A model generated the notes under the pieces. The model worked only from the letters and a program-made list of their open reading frames with translations. It had not been told where the DNA came from and searched no databases. The position numbers and the translations under genes are program-made. A stretch of 51,990 nucleotides of DNA from an uncultured Anaerolineales bacterium (GTDB lineage Bacteria > Planctomycetota > Phycisphaerae > FEN-1346), in the NCBI GenBank assembly GCA_964510295.1, contig CAZEBQ010000003.1, positions 1 through 51,990 of the forward strand. Reading direction: 5' to 3'. Positions 35,822 through 44,227 of this stretch are shown here, piece by piece. The stretch's first letter is position 1. Each line of letters begins with the position of its first letter.

Positions 35822-36856
35822 TCACTTGTTGACCGGGCGCCAAGCTTCCAGTTTGACGCGCAGAGACTCGTACACCTCCGGCAGCTTGCCGTAAAGATTG
35901 TTCTGCTCGAACGGATCGTTTAGCAGGTCGTACAGTTCCGCCTCCATTGCCTTGCCTTCCATCACCGGCAGGAGGTTCATGCCGGGAATCGCCTTCTTTG
36001 GCGGTGCCGCACCTGCTACTGCCAGGATGGTGGGAACGACGTCCACGCTGCTGACCAGGGAGTCGCTCACGGTCGGCTTGATTCTTGCGGGCCACGAATA
36101 AATGATTGGTGACCTCACTCCCGCGTCATAGGGAGATCCTTTGCTGCGCGGCGCGTAATCTCCCCGTCTGCGGATGGACACCCACCCGTTGGCGCTGAGA
36201 TACACGATCAACGTGTCGTCTCTGATTCCCTTCTTGTCCAGGTGGGTAATCAACTCGCCACAGTGCTCATCAAACCACTCGATCAACCACACCCAGTCGA
36301 TCATGAACCCGTCGATGCCGGTCTTGCGTACCGCATCGCTGATGGATTTCGACAGGAAGTCGAGATACTCGTCTGTGTAGACCACATGATAGCCGCCGCT
36401 TATCTTCCCGTCTTTGTCGGCTGTGTAGTTCAGGTCAGGTCGCAGTTTGGCCCACCTTGGATTGCTGCCAATGGTGAAGTATCCCATTACGAGCATGCCT
36501 TCGGCGTGGCCGAGCTTCACCATCTCGGGCAGGAAGTCATGCTTGAGCCCCGGTTGCTCGGGAACGAAACCGTTCTTGTACCAGGCATAGCCGTTGGTCG
36601 AGACGCAGAAGGTCTGGATGACGTTGACGCCCAGCATCTTGTACCAGGCCAGATGGGCTCCCGGATCGGCGTCGGCAAACACACCAAGTCTCGCCAACTT
36701 TGGCCGGCCATATGGTTTTTCCCAGTTGAAGTCGATGCAGTAGGCCTTGATGTCCTTGATCTTGGCAGCGTCTACCATCGCGCCCTGCGACGCCGCCGCG
36801 CAAGCCGTGCCGACCATGAACAGCGCCAGCCCTACCGCGATTGCGTTCGTTTTCAT
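35822..36856 (-). CDS. Chimeric ORF: signal peptide + glycosyl-hydrolase-like TIM-barrel N-half fused to sulfatase C-terminal half
   Basis: ATG 36856 (MKTNAIAVGLALFMVGTACAAA). The N-half has YCIDFNWE, VNVIQTFCVSTNGYAWY and GIDGFMIDWVW. From about 36286 downward it switches to the sulfatase pattern HCGELITHLDKKGIRDDTLIVYLSANG ... SKGSPYDAGVRSPIIYSWPARI ... VDVVPTILAVAG ... LYDLLNDPFEQNNLY. Confidence 0.7.
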   Translation of the reverse strand: MKTNAIAVGLALFMVGTACAAASQGAMVDAAKIKDIKAYCIDFNWEKPYGRPKLARLGVFADADPGAHLAWYKMLGVNVIQTFCVSTNGYAWYKNGFVPEQPGLKHDFLPEMVKLGHAEGMLVMGYFTIGSNPRWAKLRPDLNYTADKDGKISGGYHVVYTDEYLDFLSKSISDAVRKTGIDGFMIDWVWLIEWFDEHCGELITHLDKKGIRDDTLIVYLSANGWVSIRRRGDYAPRSKGSPYDAGVRSPIIYSWPARIKPTVSDSLVSSVDVVPTILAVAGAAPPKKAIPGMNLLPVMEGKAMEAELYDLLNDPFEQNNLYGKLPEVYESLRVKLEAWRPVNK

Positions 36857-36896
36857 GCCTGTTTCCTGCTGCTTGTGAGAGCCCTCGTGTCCTGGA

Positions 36897-37880
36897 CTAC
36901 TTGTCACGTTCTTGTGCTTCGCGGATCCTGGCTCGGCCATCGCCCATTGCCGGATTCTCGGTCGACGAACGGCCGATGCCGGCCAGTTGCACGTAGTAGA
37001 AAGGGAAGTCTCCCAGCTTCCACGTGGCTCGCCAATCGGCGATCAGAGACTTCATCTTCAGGAAATAGCTGTGGCCTTCCCCTGCGTTGGCTTCGCCTTG
37101 GTACCACAACACGCCCCGCATGCCGTAGCCGACCAGGGGAGCGATGTGTTCGCGGTAGCGCCCCCCGTAGGAGACCTTCTTCCTTGCAGCGCCGTCCTCG
37201 GGCAGTTTCGCCGGCGGGACTCGCATCCACGACTCAATTCGCGACCCGCCCGTGCTGGCATTGATCAGCCCGACCGGCGCCTTGATCTCCCGCTGCACCT
37301 TGCGGGCAAAGCAGAACCCCACCCGGGTGAAGTGGGCGACGGACGGGGCCGTGGCGAGGATCCACTCCCCGTTGGCGCGGGTATGTCGTATCGCCGGGAG
37401 ATTCGACTTCATGAGATCGTCGTTCGCGTCCTGGTTGGCCCGGTTGTGTTTGACCGCGCCCGCCATGTTCGACTGGCCTGAACAGAGCCACACTTCACCA
37501 ATCAGGATGTCTGTGAATGACTTGTTTGCCGTCTTGCCGTCCAGTTCTGTTACGATGACCAGGCTTCGGCCCTTGGGGGCCTTGTCAAGCGCAACAAGCG
37601 TGTCCGCCGGCATCGGGTCCAGCGCTGCTCGCCAACGGCCGTCCTTCCCGGCGACGGTGGTCTTCGTCTGTTTGCCAAAGCTCACCGCAACCTTCGCACC
37701 AGGCAAGGACCGGCCCCAGACGGGAATGGGGATGCCCTGCTGGAAGACCGCATGGTTGTCGAAGACGGGGGGACACTGCGCCTCCAGGGTCACGGCGGCG
37801 ACCGCATCCGCTGCAAGCAATGCCGATCCCCAGGCGAACAGGATTGTGGCAAGAGCGACCGTCTTGACGTTCTTTCCCAT
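36897..37880 (-). CDS. Sialate O-acetylesterase-family (SGNH/DUF303) protein, C-terminally truncated
   Basis: ATG 37880 with AGGAG upstream. Signal MGKNVKTVALATILFAWGSALLA. Motifs GEVWLCSGQSNM and WYQGEAN. It ends at ...RIREAQERDK, where family members continue for more than 100 aa, including the His-containing block. Confidence 0.7.
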   Translation of the reverse strand: MGKNVKTVALATILFAWGSALLAADAVAAVTLEAQCPPVFDNHAVFQQGIPIPVWGRSLPGAKVAVSFGKQTKTTVAGKDGRWRAALDPMPADTLVALDKAPKGRSLVIVTELDGKTANKSFTDILIGEVWLCSGQSNMAGAVKHNRANQDANDDLMKSNLPAIRHTRANGEWILATAPSVAHFTRVGFCFARKVQREIKAPVGLINASTGGSRIESWMRVPPAKLPEDGAARKKVSYGGRYREHIAPLVGYGMRGVLWYQGEANAGEGHSYFLKMKSLIADWRATWKLGDFPFYYVQLAGIGRSSTENPAMGDGRARIREAQERDK

Positions 37881-37892
37881 CCGCCTTTGCTC

Positions 37893-40832
37893 CTACCTGG
37901 CGACCGTTTCGATCAGATTGGCGACCTCGGACCAGTCACCAATCTCGACTGCCGTGCTCCTGCCCTTGATCCTGGTCGGCTTGGCGACCTTCGACGCCAG
38001 CTCTCTGCTCGGCATGGTGTAGATGAAGTTCGTGTCTTCGCGGCCGAACTTGGCCTTCCAGCAGTTGGCCAGAGCCGATAGCTGTTCACCGTAGTTGGCG
38101 CCCTGGTCTTTGGTGAACATCTCCGGGCTGGCGAGGAAGACGATTCCCTTGAAGCTGCCCGGCGTGAAGGAGTGAACGAGGACGTTGTAGGTTTGTGCGG
38201 CGACACTGGTCACGTCGCTCGCCAGGGTTGGATAGCCACCCCAGGCGGCGCCGTCTGGGACGGCCTTGGTCGCCATCATTCGCGGGATGTACTCACCCCA
38301 GTACTGCTTCCAGGCCGCGACGTAGCGCCTGGCATTGGCGTCGTAGTACGGATTCCCCGGAAGCACGGCGGCCAGATCCTCGTAGTCCTCCATCAGGCTG
38401 GGCGCCTGCTCGAGGCAGTCGGCGGCGATCCATCTCTTGAGTTCAGGATTCGCGCCACCCTTGGGAACAGCGTTCTGCATGAAGATGATCCCTACCGGCT
38501 TGCCGGTCTTGGCGGCGATGCGATGTCCAATGGCCCCCGCCAGATCCGACCCTGCATCATCCCAGGTGCAGGCGTAGCGGTTCTTGGGCGTTCTGGAGAC
38601 ACAAACGCTGTAGCGGGAAGGCTTGGGGCTCGAGGAGCGTTTGGCCCTGCGTTTCATCACCCGCACCACGCCGCCGGAGGGCTTCACCGCGGGGAGCGCC
38701 AGCTTCATCTGCGGGGCGGCGACGTACCAGACATCGCCGACGACGATGTTCTTGCAGACACGCTCATGTGCCACTTCGCCATCGATCAGGAACGTCACCT
38801 TTAGGGTGTTCGGCTCAGTGCTGGCCTCCATGGGAGGCAGGGTGACCCGCCACTCCTTGCCCGATGCGAATCGCGACTGGCCCGGGCCCAGCGTGACAAT
38901 GGACGGTCCGTCGGCGACAGGGATCGTCTTCTCAATGCCGGTGAAGCTGAACTTGATGACCGCTTTGCCTTTCGCCTCATACCCATAGTCGTGAATCGCC
39001 GAACCCCAAATCGTGACCGGGACGCCAGCCTGGAGGACGGCATTGTCGCGGAACTGCGTGCTGAGAAGCGGCATCTTGCGCCACTCAGCCAGCTTGCCCA
39101 CTGTCTTGGGATCGACCACAACGCCGGCGACTTTCAGCTTTTCGTCCGGCCACGTCTCGCGGGTGACAAGCTTGTTGTCGTAGGTGATGAACGGCGTCAT
39201 CGGCAGGAGCGCCCGGTTGTAGACGTTCGGCTGGAAGCCGACCCCGCCGGTGGCATAGGACACGCCGCGGGGCTTCGTCACCGTGGGCGAGGTGAGCGCC
39301 ACCCTGTCGCCGTCGATTCTCATGTTGGCCGGATGCCAGACGCGGTTCCCGTCGGCCAGGTAGAAAAGATTCACCTGATCATCGCCGTTTTCGATGATCG
39401 TTGGGTCGGCGAACCCGGTTCCCTCCTTGTTCCCGCGGTCGGTATTGGAGCGTGTCTCGCCCACGGCAAGGCCGCCCTCGGCATGATCGAACTCAACAAT
39501 CAGCTTGCTTCCCTCGACCTTGTACGACTTGAACATCGGCCCGTTGGCCACGACCTTCTTTCCATACTGGTTCTTCAGGGCGTGGAGGGCCAGTCGCTGT
39601 CCGGGAACCGCCTTGTTCCAGTAATGGATAGCCCCGGGGATGTCGATCTGGCTGGCCATGCCAGCATTCGGAATATCACGAGCCAGCCATGTGCCGAGGC
39701 GCATCTCGGAAGTGCTGCCGATGCTGGGACTATTGAAGTCCGTCTTGCCGGGGCAGTAGAACTGGTGGAAGTAGACCGGCAGGTCGGGACGATTCCACCG
39801 CAGACGCCAGCCGCGGATCAGGCTGTGCAGGTTGTTGTAGTATGGCAGGCCTTCGCCCATGTTGGCGTAGCCCTGGTTCCAGATGGCGCCCCGGATGGCA
39901 TAGGGAATCACGGGATTGAGCCTGCCGTTGAAGAGCCACGAGGCATCGCGGTTGCCGCTCAGGTTCCCCGGCGTTCTGGTGGCGATCTCCTGCGGGGCCT
40001 CTCCCTTCCTGACCCGTTCAGCGTTCTCCTCGAGGGTCCCCTCGATGTTCCGGTAGAACGCGTTCCAAGCCGTCTTATGCTCGGGTGTGGTCGGATCGGT
40101 CTCCAGGATTCGCTTGTGGATGGCTTTGGTGTAGTCGTCCTTGCCGTCTCTGAACCCCACGCGCGGGACCCAGGCCTGTATGGCGGTCTGGCTGAACGAG
40201 CAGTTCAGGATGCCGATGGGCACGTTCATCTCGCCGTAGAGCTTGTGGGCAAAGGCAAAGGCGATGGCGCTGTAGTTGGTGTAGCCGCCGTTCTTCCACG
40301 CTCCGTTGGCGTGTTCGATCGGATGCAACATCGCAACGACGCTGGTCACCTCGAACTCGCGGATCGGCGCGACCTTGCCCTTCGCCTCGACACGCAGCTT
40401 GCTGCAACTGCTCTTCTGGACCTTCCACTGCATGTTGGACTGGCCCGAAGCCAGCCAGACTTCACCGACGAGGATGTTCTTCAAGACAACCTTCTTGCCG
40501 GCGCTGTCGCTGATCACCATCTCGGCCGGTTCGGCACTTGCCTTCAGCGGATTGAGCGTGAGCATCCACTTCCCGTCCCTGCCCGCCTCGGCGCTCTGCT
40601 TCCGGCCGGCAAACTCGACGGTGATCTTTGTGCCCGGCTTGCTCCAGCCCCATACGGGGACCGGCATCTGCCGCTGCAGAATCGCGTTGTCGGCGAAGGG
40701 CGCGCCCAGTTCGACGGCCGGTTTGGACTTCTCTGCGGGCGTTTGCTCGGCGGCGTTCACTGCGAAAGCTGAAAGCAGCAGGGCTGCCGTGAGGGCGAAA
40801 AGCGCCGCTGTCCCGATTGGTCCGTTGTTCAT
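37893..40832 (-). CDS. Tandem two-domain sialate O-acetylesterase-family protein
   Basis: ORF 37893..40883 trimmed to ATG 40832 (MNNGPIGTAALFALTAALLLSAFAVNA). Domain 1 has VGEVWLASGQSNM, IWNQGYAN and IPGAIHYWNK. Domain 2 repeats the fold (FRDNAVLQAGVPVTIWG) but reads VGDVWYVAAPQM at the nucleophile block. Confidence 0.8.
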   Translation of the reverse strand: MNNGPIGTAALFALTAALLLSAFAVNAAEQTPAEKSKPAVELGAPFADNAILQRQMPVPVWGWSKPGTKITVEFAGRKQSAEAGRDGKWMLTLNPLKASAEPAEMVISDSAGKKVVLKNILVGEVWLASGQSNMQWKVQKSSCSKLRVEAKGKVAPIREFEVTSVVAMLHPIEHANGAWKNGGYTNYSAIAFAFAHKLYGEMNVPIGILNCSFSQTAIQAWVPRVGFRDGKDDYTKAIHKRILETDPTTPEHKTAWNAFYRNIEGTLEENAERVRKGEAPQEIATRTPGNLSGNRDASWLFNGRLNPVIPYAIRGAIWNQGYANMGEGLPYYNNLHSLIRGWRLRWNRPDLPVYFHQFYCPGKTDFNSPSIGSTSEMRLGTWLARDIPNAGMASQIDIPGAIHYWNKAVPGQRLALHALKNQYGKKVVANGPMFKSYKVEGSKLIVEFDHAEGGLAVGETRSNTDRGNKEGTGFADPTIIENGDDQVNLFYLADGNRVWHPANMRIDGDRVALTSPTVTKPRGVSYATGGVGFQPNVYNRALLPMTPFITYDNKLVTRETWPDEKLKVAGVVVDPKTVGKLAEWRKMPLLSTQFRDNAVLQAGVPVTIWGSAIHDYGYEAKGKAVIKFSFTGIEKTIPVADGPSIVTLGPGQSRFASGKEWRVTLPPMEASTEPNTLKVTFLIDGEVAHERVCKNIVVGDVWYVAAPQMKLALPAVKPSGGVVRVMKRRAKRSSSPKPSRYSVCVSRTPKNRYACTWDDAGSDLAGAIGHRIAAKTGKPVGIIFMQNAVPKGGANPELKRWIAADCLEQAPSLMEDYEDLAAVLPGNPYYDANARRYVAAWKQYWGEYIPRMMATKAVPDGAAWGGYPTLASDVTSVAAQTYNVLVHSFTPGSFKGIVFLASPEMFTKDQGANYGEQLSALANCWKAKFGREDTNFIYTMPSRELASKVAKPTRIKGRSTAVEIGDWSEVANLIETVAR

Positions 40833-40896
40833 TGTAACTGCATCTCCTGTTGGTTGTTCCAAGGGTACCTGTGCATTTCTCACCAGAGAGAGTTCT

Positions 40897-41913
40897 TTAT
40901 TGCCCGGACCTTCCTGCTCTTATCATCTCTCCCACTTGTTTGAGGGTCGTAACGTCGATGTCACGAATCTTCCCCGCGTAGTTCGGGCCGATGTTGATCG
41001 AGAAGATATTGCCGTATTTCATCGCGCCCGTGTAGTCCTTGTACACTTTGTCTGCGGGATGGCAGAGGTCGTCGTGCTTGGGCAACGAATAGAACCACTG
41101 CGCCCCGCCCTTGTGCGGAGGGAGAATGGGATACGTAAACTCAGCGACAAGGTAACCCTTGAATGCCCCCTCGGCATCTTTGTTGTATTTGGACGCGCTT
41201 TTGTCGCCGATCTTGCCGGGCCGGCCCCGTTCGCGCAGGCACAGGCGTCCTGCGGGCTGTCCATGATTGAATCCAACGAACGTATTCGGCTGAAACTGGT
41301 GCATCCATTCGACCGTATGCTGGTGGGAAAGCCCGCCTGTGCCGATCGCATGGTCGATCCACCAGAACTCGATGGGACCGTAACCGGTCAACAACTCCTC
41401 AAGTTGAGCCTTCTTCACGTTGGGATTCTTGCCGCCATTCCGCTTGCCATCAATCGCGCCCGGCCAGTTCCAATCCCCTTCGGAGAAGTAAAGGGCCAGG
41501 TTGATCCCATACTTGTCGCAAGACTTGCGAATCTGGGCGAGGACGTCGATGCCGAGCGGGCTGTTGGTGACCTTCTTCTCCGTCGTTTTTGTACCCCACA
41601 AACAGAAACCGTCATGGTGTTTGGCGAGGAACAGAATGTATCCCATGCCGGCGTCCTTGGCCGTTTGGCACCACTGGTCCGTGTCGCAGCCGGTCGCTTT
41701 GAAGTAGGACGCGTCTTTGCCACGCGTCGGCGTCCATTCCCGGCCCGCAAAGGTGCTATACGACCAACAGATGAAGATCCCCCACTTCATATCCCGCACC
41801 TGCTCGGCGCGGACCTCGTCGGGAATCGCTTTCCTGTTGATTTCAGGCGCAGCGGAGTAGGCCGTACCGATCATTCCCAGGATGAAACATACTGCGGCTA
41901 TGTGTGTCGTCAT
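40897..41913 (-). CDS. GH29 alpha-L-fucosidase
   Basis: ORF 40897..41976 trimmed to ATG 41913 (MTTHIAAVCFILGMIGTAYSA). Motifs WGIFICWSYSTF, YILFLAKHHDGFCLW, LYFSEGDW and GPIEFWWIDHA. Confidence 0.8.
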   Translation of the reverse strand: MTTHIAAVCFILGMIGTAYSAAPEINRKAIPDEVRAEQVRDMKWGIFICWSYSTFAGREWTPTRGKDASYFKATGCDTDQWCQTAKDAGMGYILFLAKHHDGFCLWGTKTTEKKVTNSPLGIDVLAQIRKSCDKYGINLALYFSEGDWNWPGAIDGKRNGGKNPNVKKAQLEELLTGYGPIEFWWIDHAIGTGGLSHQHTVEWMHQFQPNTFVGFNHGQPAGRLCLRERGRPGKIGDKSASKYNKDAEGAFKGYLVAEFTYPILPPHKGGAQWFYSLPKHDDLCHPADKVYKDYTGAMKYGNIFSINIGPNYAGKIRDIDVTTLKQVGEMIRAGRSGQ

Positions 41914-41976
41914 GTCTCTGTCTCCAATAAGTGGGATAAAGTTACCGTTCGTCGCAAATGCGACGGCAGTCTCCAA

Positions 41977-43788
41977 TCATTTTGCTTCCAACACACCGGC
42001 TACCGTCGTTTCGGCCTCGAGGCGGCGGGCAAGGCAGGCTTTGGCTTGATTTCGCATCTCCTTGATCGCGTCGGAGTTCTTCTTCTGACCGTCTGGATCG
42101 GTATGCTCCACCTCCGCGTAAAAGTCCCATGTGTCCGTGCGGAAGTTGTGCAGCGGCTGCCACGGCTTGCCTTCCACCTTGAGGTTGCCCATCGGCGAAC
42201 GGGCCCATGCGTATCGAACCGACACCGGTTCTTTCACCAGCGGGCTGGAGACAAGGATCTGCTTGCTCCGCATTTCCTTATCTTTGACCGCTTTGGCGAC
42301 GGCCTGGGCCATGTAATAATTGCCCGACGCGTCGGCGACCGCAAAGCCGTCGATCAGCGAACCCATGTCGTCAGGGAACACGGCTTTATCAAACGTCACG
42401 AGGATCGTGTCGCCCTCGGGAACCGCCGACAATACCTTGGCCGATTCCCAGGAGATCTCCTCCTTTCGGTACACCGTCTTCAGGGCCCAGCGAGCGGTGC
42501 GTTCGCCCAGCGCCCTCTTCTTCTTCGTGTGCAGTTGAGGGATTTTCTGGTCGTAGGCCGGAATGAACGCGGTATGCTCCGGATCCCCAACGTCGCCCAG
42601 ACCCATACGCTGAGCCTCGCGGATGTAGGCCGCGGTCGAAAATCCCATCTCTTCGAAGTTGAGCCGGGTCTGAGTCCGACCGCCGGCACAGAAACCGATC
42701 ACAGCCACGGGCAGCCGGGGGTCGTCAAAATCTTCACGCCATCCCTCCACCATCAGCTTCATGAGGATGCGGTAGAACTTCGGCTTACAGGTGGTGTTCA
42801 TCATGGCGTTGTTGAAGCCCTGATGAAAGGCAACCCCCTTGATATGCAGGCCCTTAAAGGCCCCGAACATGCCGTTGTAACAGGAGGCCGCGTCGCTGGG
42901 GCTGCGCCCGGGCACATTCCAGGAGCGAATAGCTCTGCGGGTCGGTTTCGGCGACAGTTCGTCTTCGGGCACGCCCTTTTTGCGCTGCTGGGCGACTTCC
43001 TTCTCCCATTTCTCGATGACCGGCTTCATGGCCGCGTCCCAGTCGAACTCGGCCCGGCGCTGCTCGACCCAGGCCAGGTATCCGGCGGCCTGTGGATGAT
43101 CGGCGAACTTGTGACGCGGCACGAGGCTTTCCAGGGACGCGCCGCCGCGGGCGTTGTCGATGATGCCGATGGGAATCTGCAACGCCCGCTGCAACCGTGA
43201 ACCGAACACGTACCCGATGGCGCCCATATCCAACGCGACTTCCGGAGTGACGACCTTCCAGTTCTTGTCCGGATCGTCCGCCGAGTTGATGTACATGTCC
43301 GGAATGTCCGTTTCGACGAACTCCGATTCGGCGCCGCCCCTGATTCTGATGTGGCGCAGCAACGGCAAGTGCGCCATGGAGGACTCGAAGGCGGCCTGGT
43401 AGACCGCTCTGAGACCGAAGGCCATGTTGCTCTGGCCGTTCATCACCCAGATGTCGCCGATGAGGATGTTCTCCATCTCGATCCTTTCGTTGCCCGCACT
43501 AACGACCAGCTTCTGACCGGTAGCATTCGCCTGCTGCGGAGGGAAGGTCACCTCCCAGCGGCCCGACTCGCCGTGGGCCGTTGCCTCGGCCTTCTCCTGG
43601 CCAAACTGGACGGAGACTTTCTGGCCGGACTCGGCCCAGCCCCAGATCGTGACGGGTTTATCGCGCTGGATGACCATATTGCTCGAAAAAATGTTATGTG
43701 TCTTGAGACTGCCGGCGGTGGCGGCACCCGTGCATAACGTGGTGGTCAGCACTATCGTTAACGAGAGGATGAATGTGTTGTAACGCAT
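41977..43788 (-). CDS. Sialate O-acetylesterase-family (SGNH/DUF303) protein
   Basis: Signal MRYNTFILSLTIVLTTTLCTGAA. Motifs FSSNMVIQRDKPVTIWGW, IGDIWVMNGQSNM, GVAFHQGFNN and IPQLHTKKK. Confidence 0.8.
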   Translation of the reverse strand: MRYNTFILSLTIVLTTTLCTGAATAGSLKTHNIFSSNMVIQRDKPVTIWGWAESGQKVSVQFGQEKAEATAHGESGRWEVTFPPQQANATGQKLVVSAGNERIEMENILIGDIWVMNGQSNMAFGLRAVYQAAFESSMAHLPLLRHIRIRGGAESEFVETDIPDMYINSADDPDKNWKVVTPEVALDMGAIGYVFGSRLQRALQIPIGIIDNARGGASLESLVPRHKFADHPQAAGYLAWVEQRRAEFDWDAAMKPVIEKWEKEVAQQRKKGVPEDELSPKPTRRAIRSWNVPGRSPSDAASCYNGMFGAFKGLHIKGVAFHQGFNNAMMNTTCKPKFYRILMKLMVEGWREDFDDPRLPVAVIGFCAGGRTQTRLNFEEMGFSTAAYIREAQRMGLGDVGDPEHTAFIPAYDQKIPQLHTKKKRALGERTARWALKTVYRKEEISWESAKVLSAVPEGDTILVTFDKAVFPDDMGSLIDGFAVADASGNYYMAQAVAKAVKDKEMRSKQILVSSPLVKEPVSVRYAWARSPMGNLKVEGKPWQPLHNFRTDTWDFYAEVEHTDPDGQKKNSDAIKEMRNQAKACLARRLEAETTVAGVLEAK

Positions 43789-43840
43789 GGTCGTTTCCTT
43801 TCTTGGGGTTCAAGCGTGTAACTGCTTACTCCACTAGCAC

Positions 43841-44227
43841 TCACTGACTCACCTGCTTCATCACATACCACGGCGACTGCCCGCCAACGGGATTTCTCGT
43901 GCTGAATCCGCCGGCTTCGATAAAGAGGTAGTCGTCGCCGCCGATCTTCTTCACGACCATCTTCAGGGCTTCGTATCGGGTAAGATCCATCAACACGTCA
44001 CGGGACCAGATCGACATCGGGTCGTCGGTCTGACCATCGTCCTTGAAGGTCATCGTTCTGAACCGGGCCCCACCGGCCTTCTTCTGCGTCCCGGGCGTGA
44101 ACTCGCCGATCGTCTTGACCACGTCAACGGTTCTCCAGGTGCCGAGGACCTTCTCGTTGGCGACAAACTTCCCGTCATAAAGGAACTTGTCGTTTTCGCT
44201 CTGGAATTCCCGACGTCTTCGCCTCGA
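43841..44227 (-). pseudogene. C-terminal beta-domain separated by frameshift from 44175..47225
   Basis: The frame is open from 44227 (after TGA 44228-44230) and encodes EFQSENDKFLYDGKFVANEKVLGTWRTVDVVKTIGEF...YLFIEAGGFSTRNPVGGQSPWYVMKQV. The only start candidate is GTG 44122, inside the domain. The region overlaps the last 53 nt of the upstream ORF in another frame. Confidence 0.6.
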
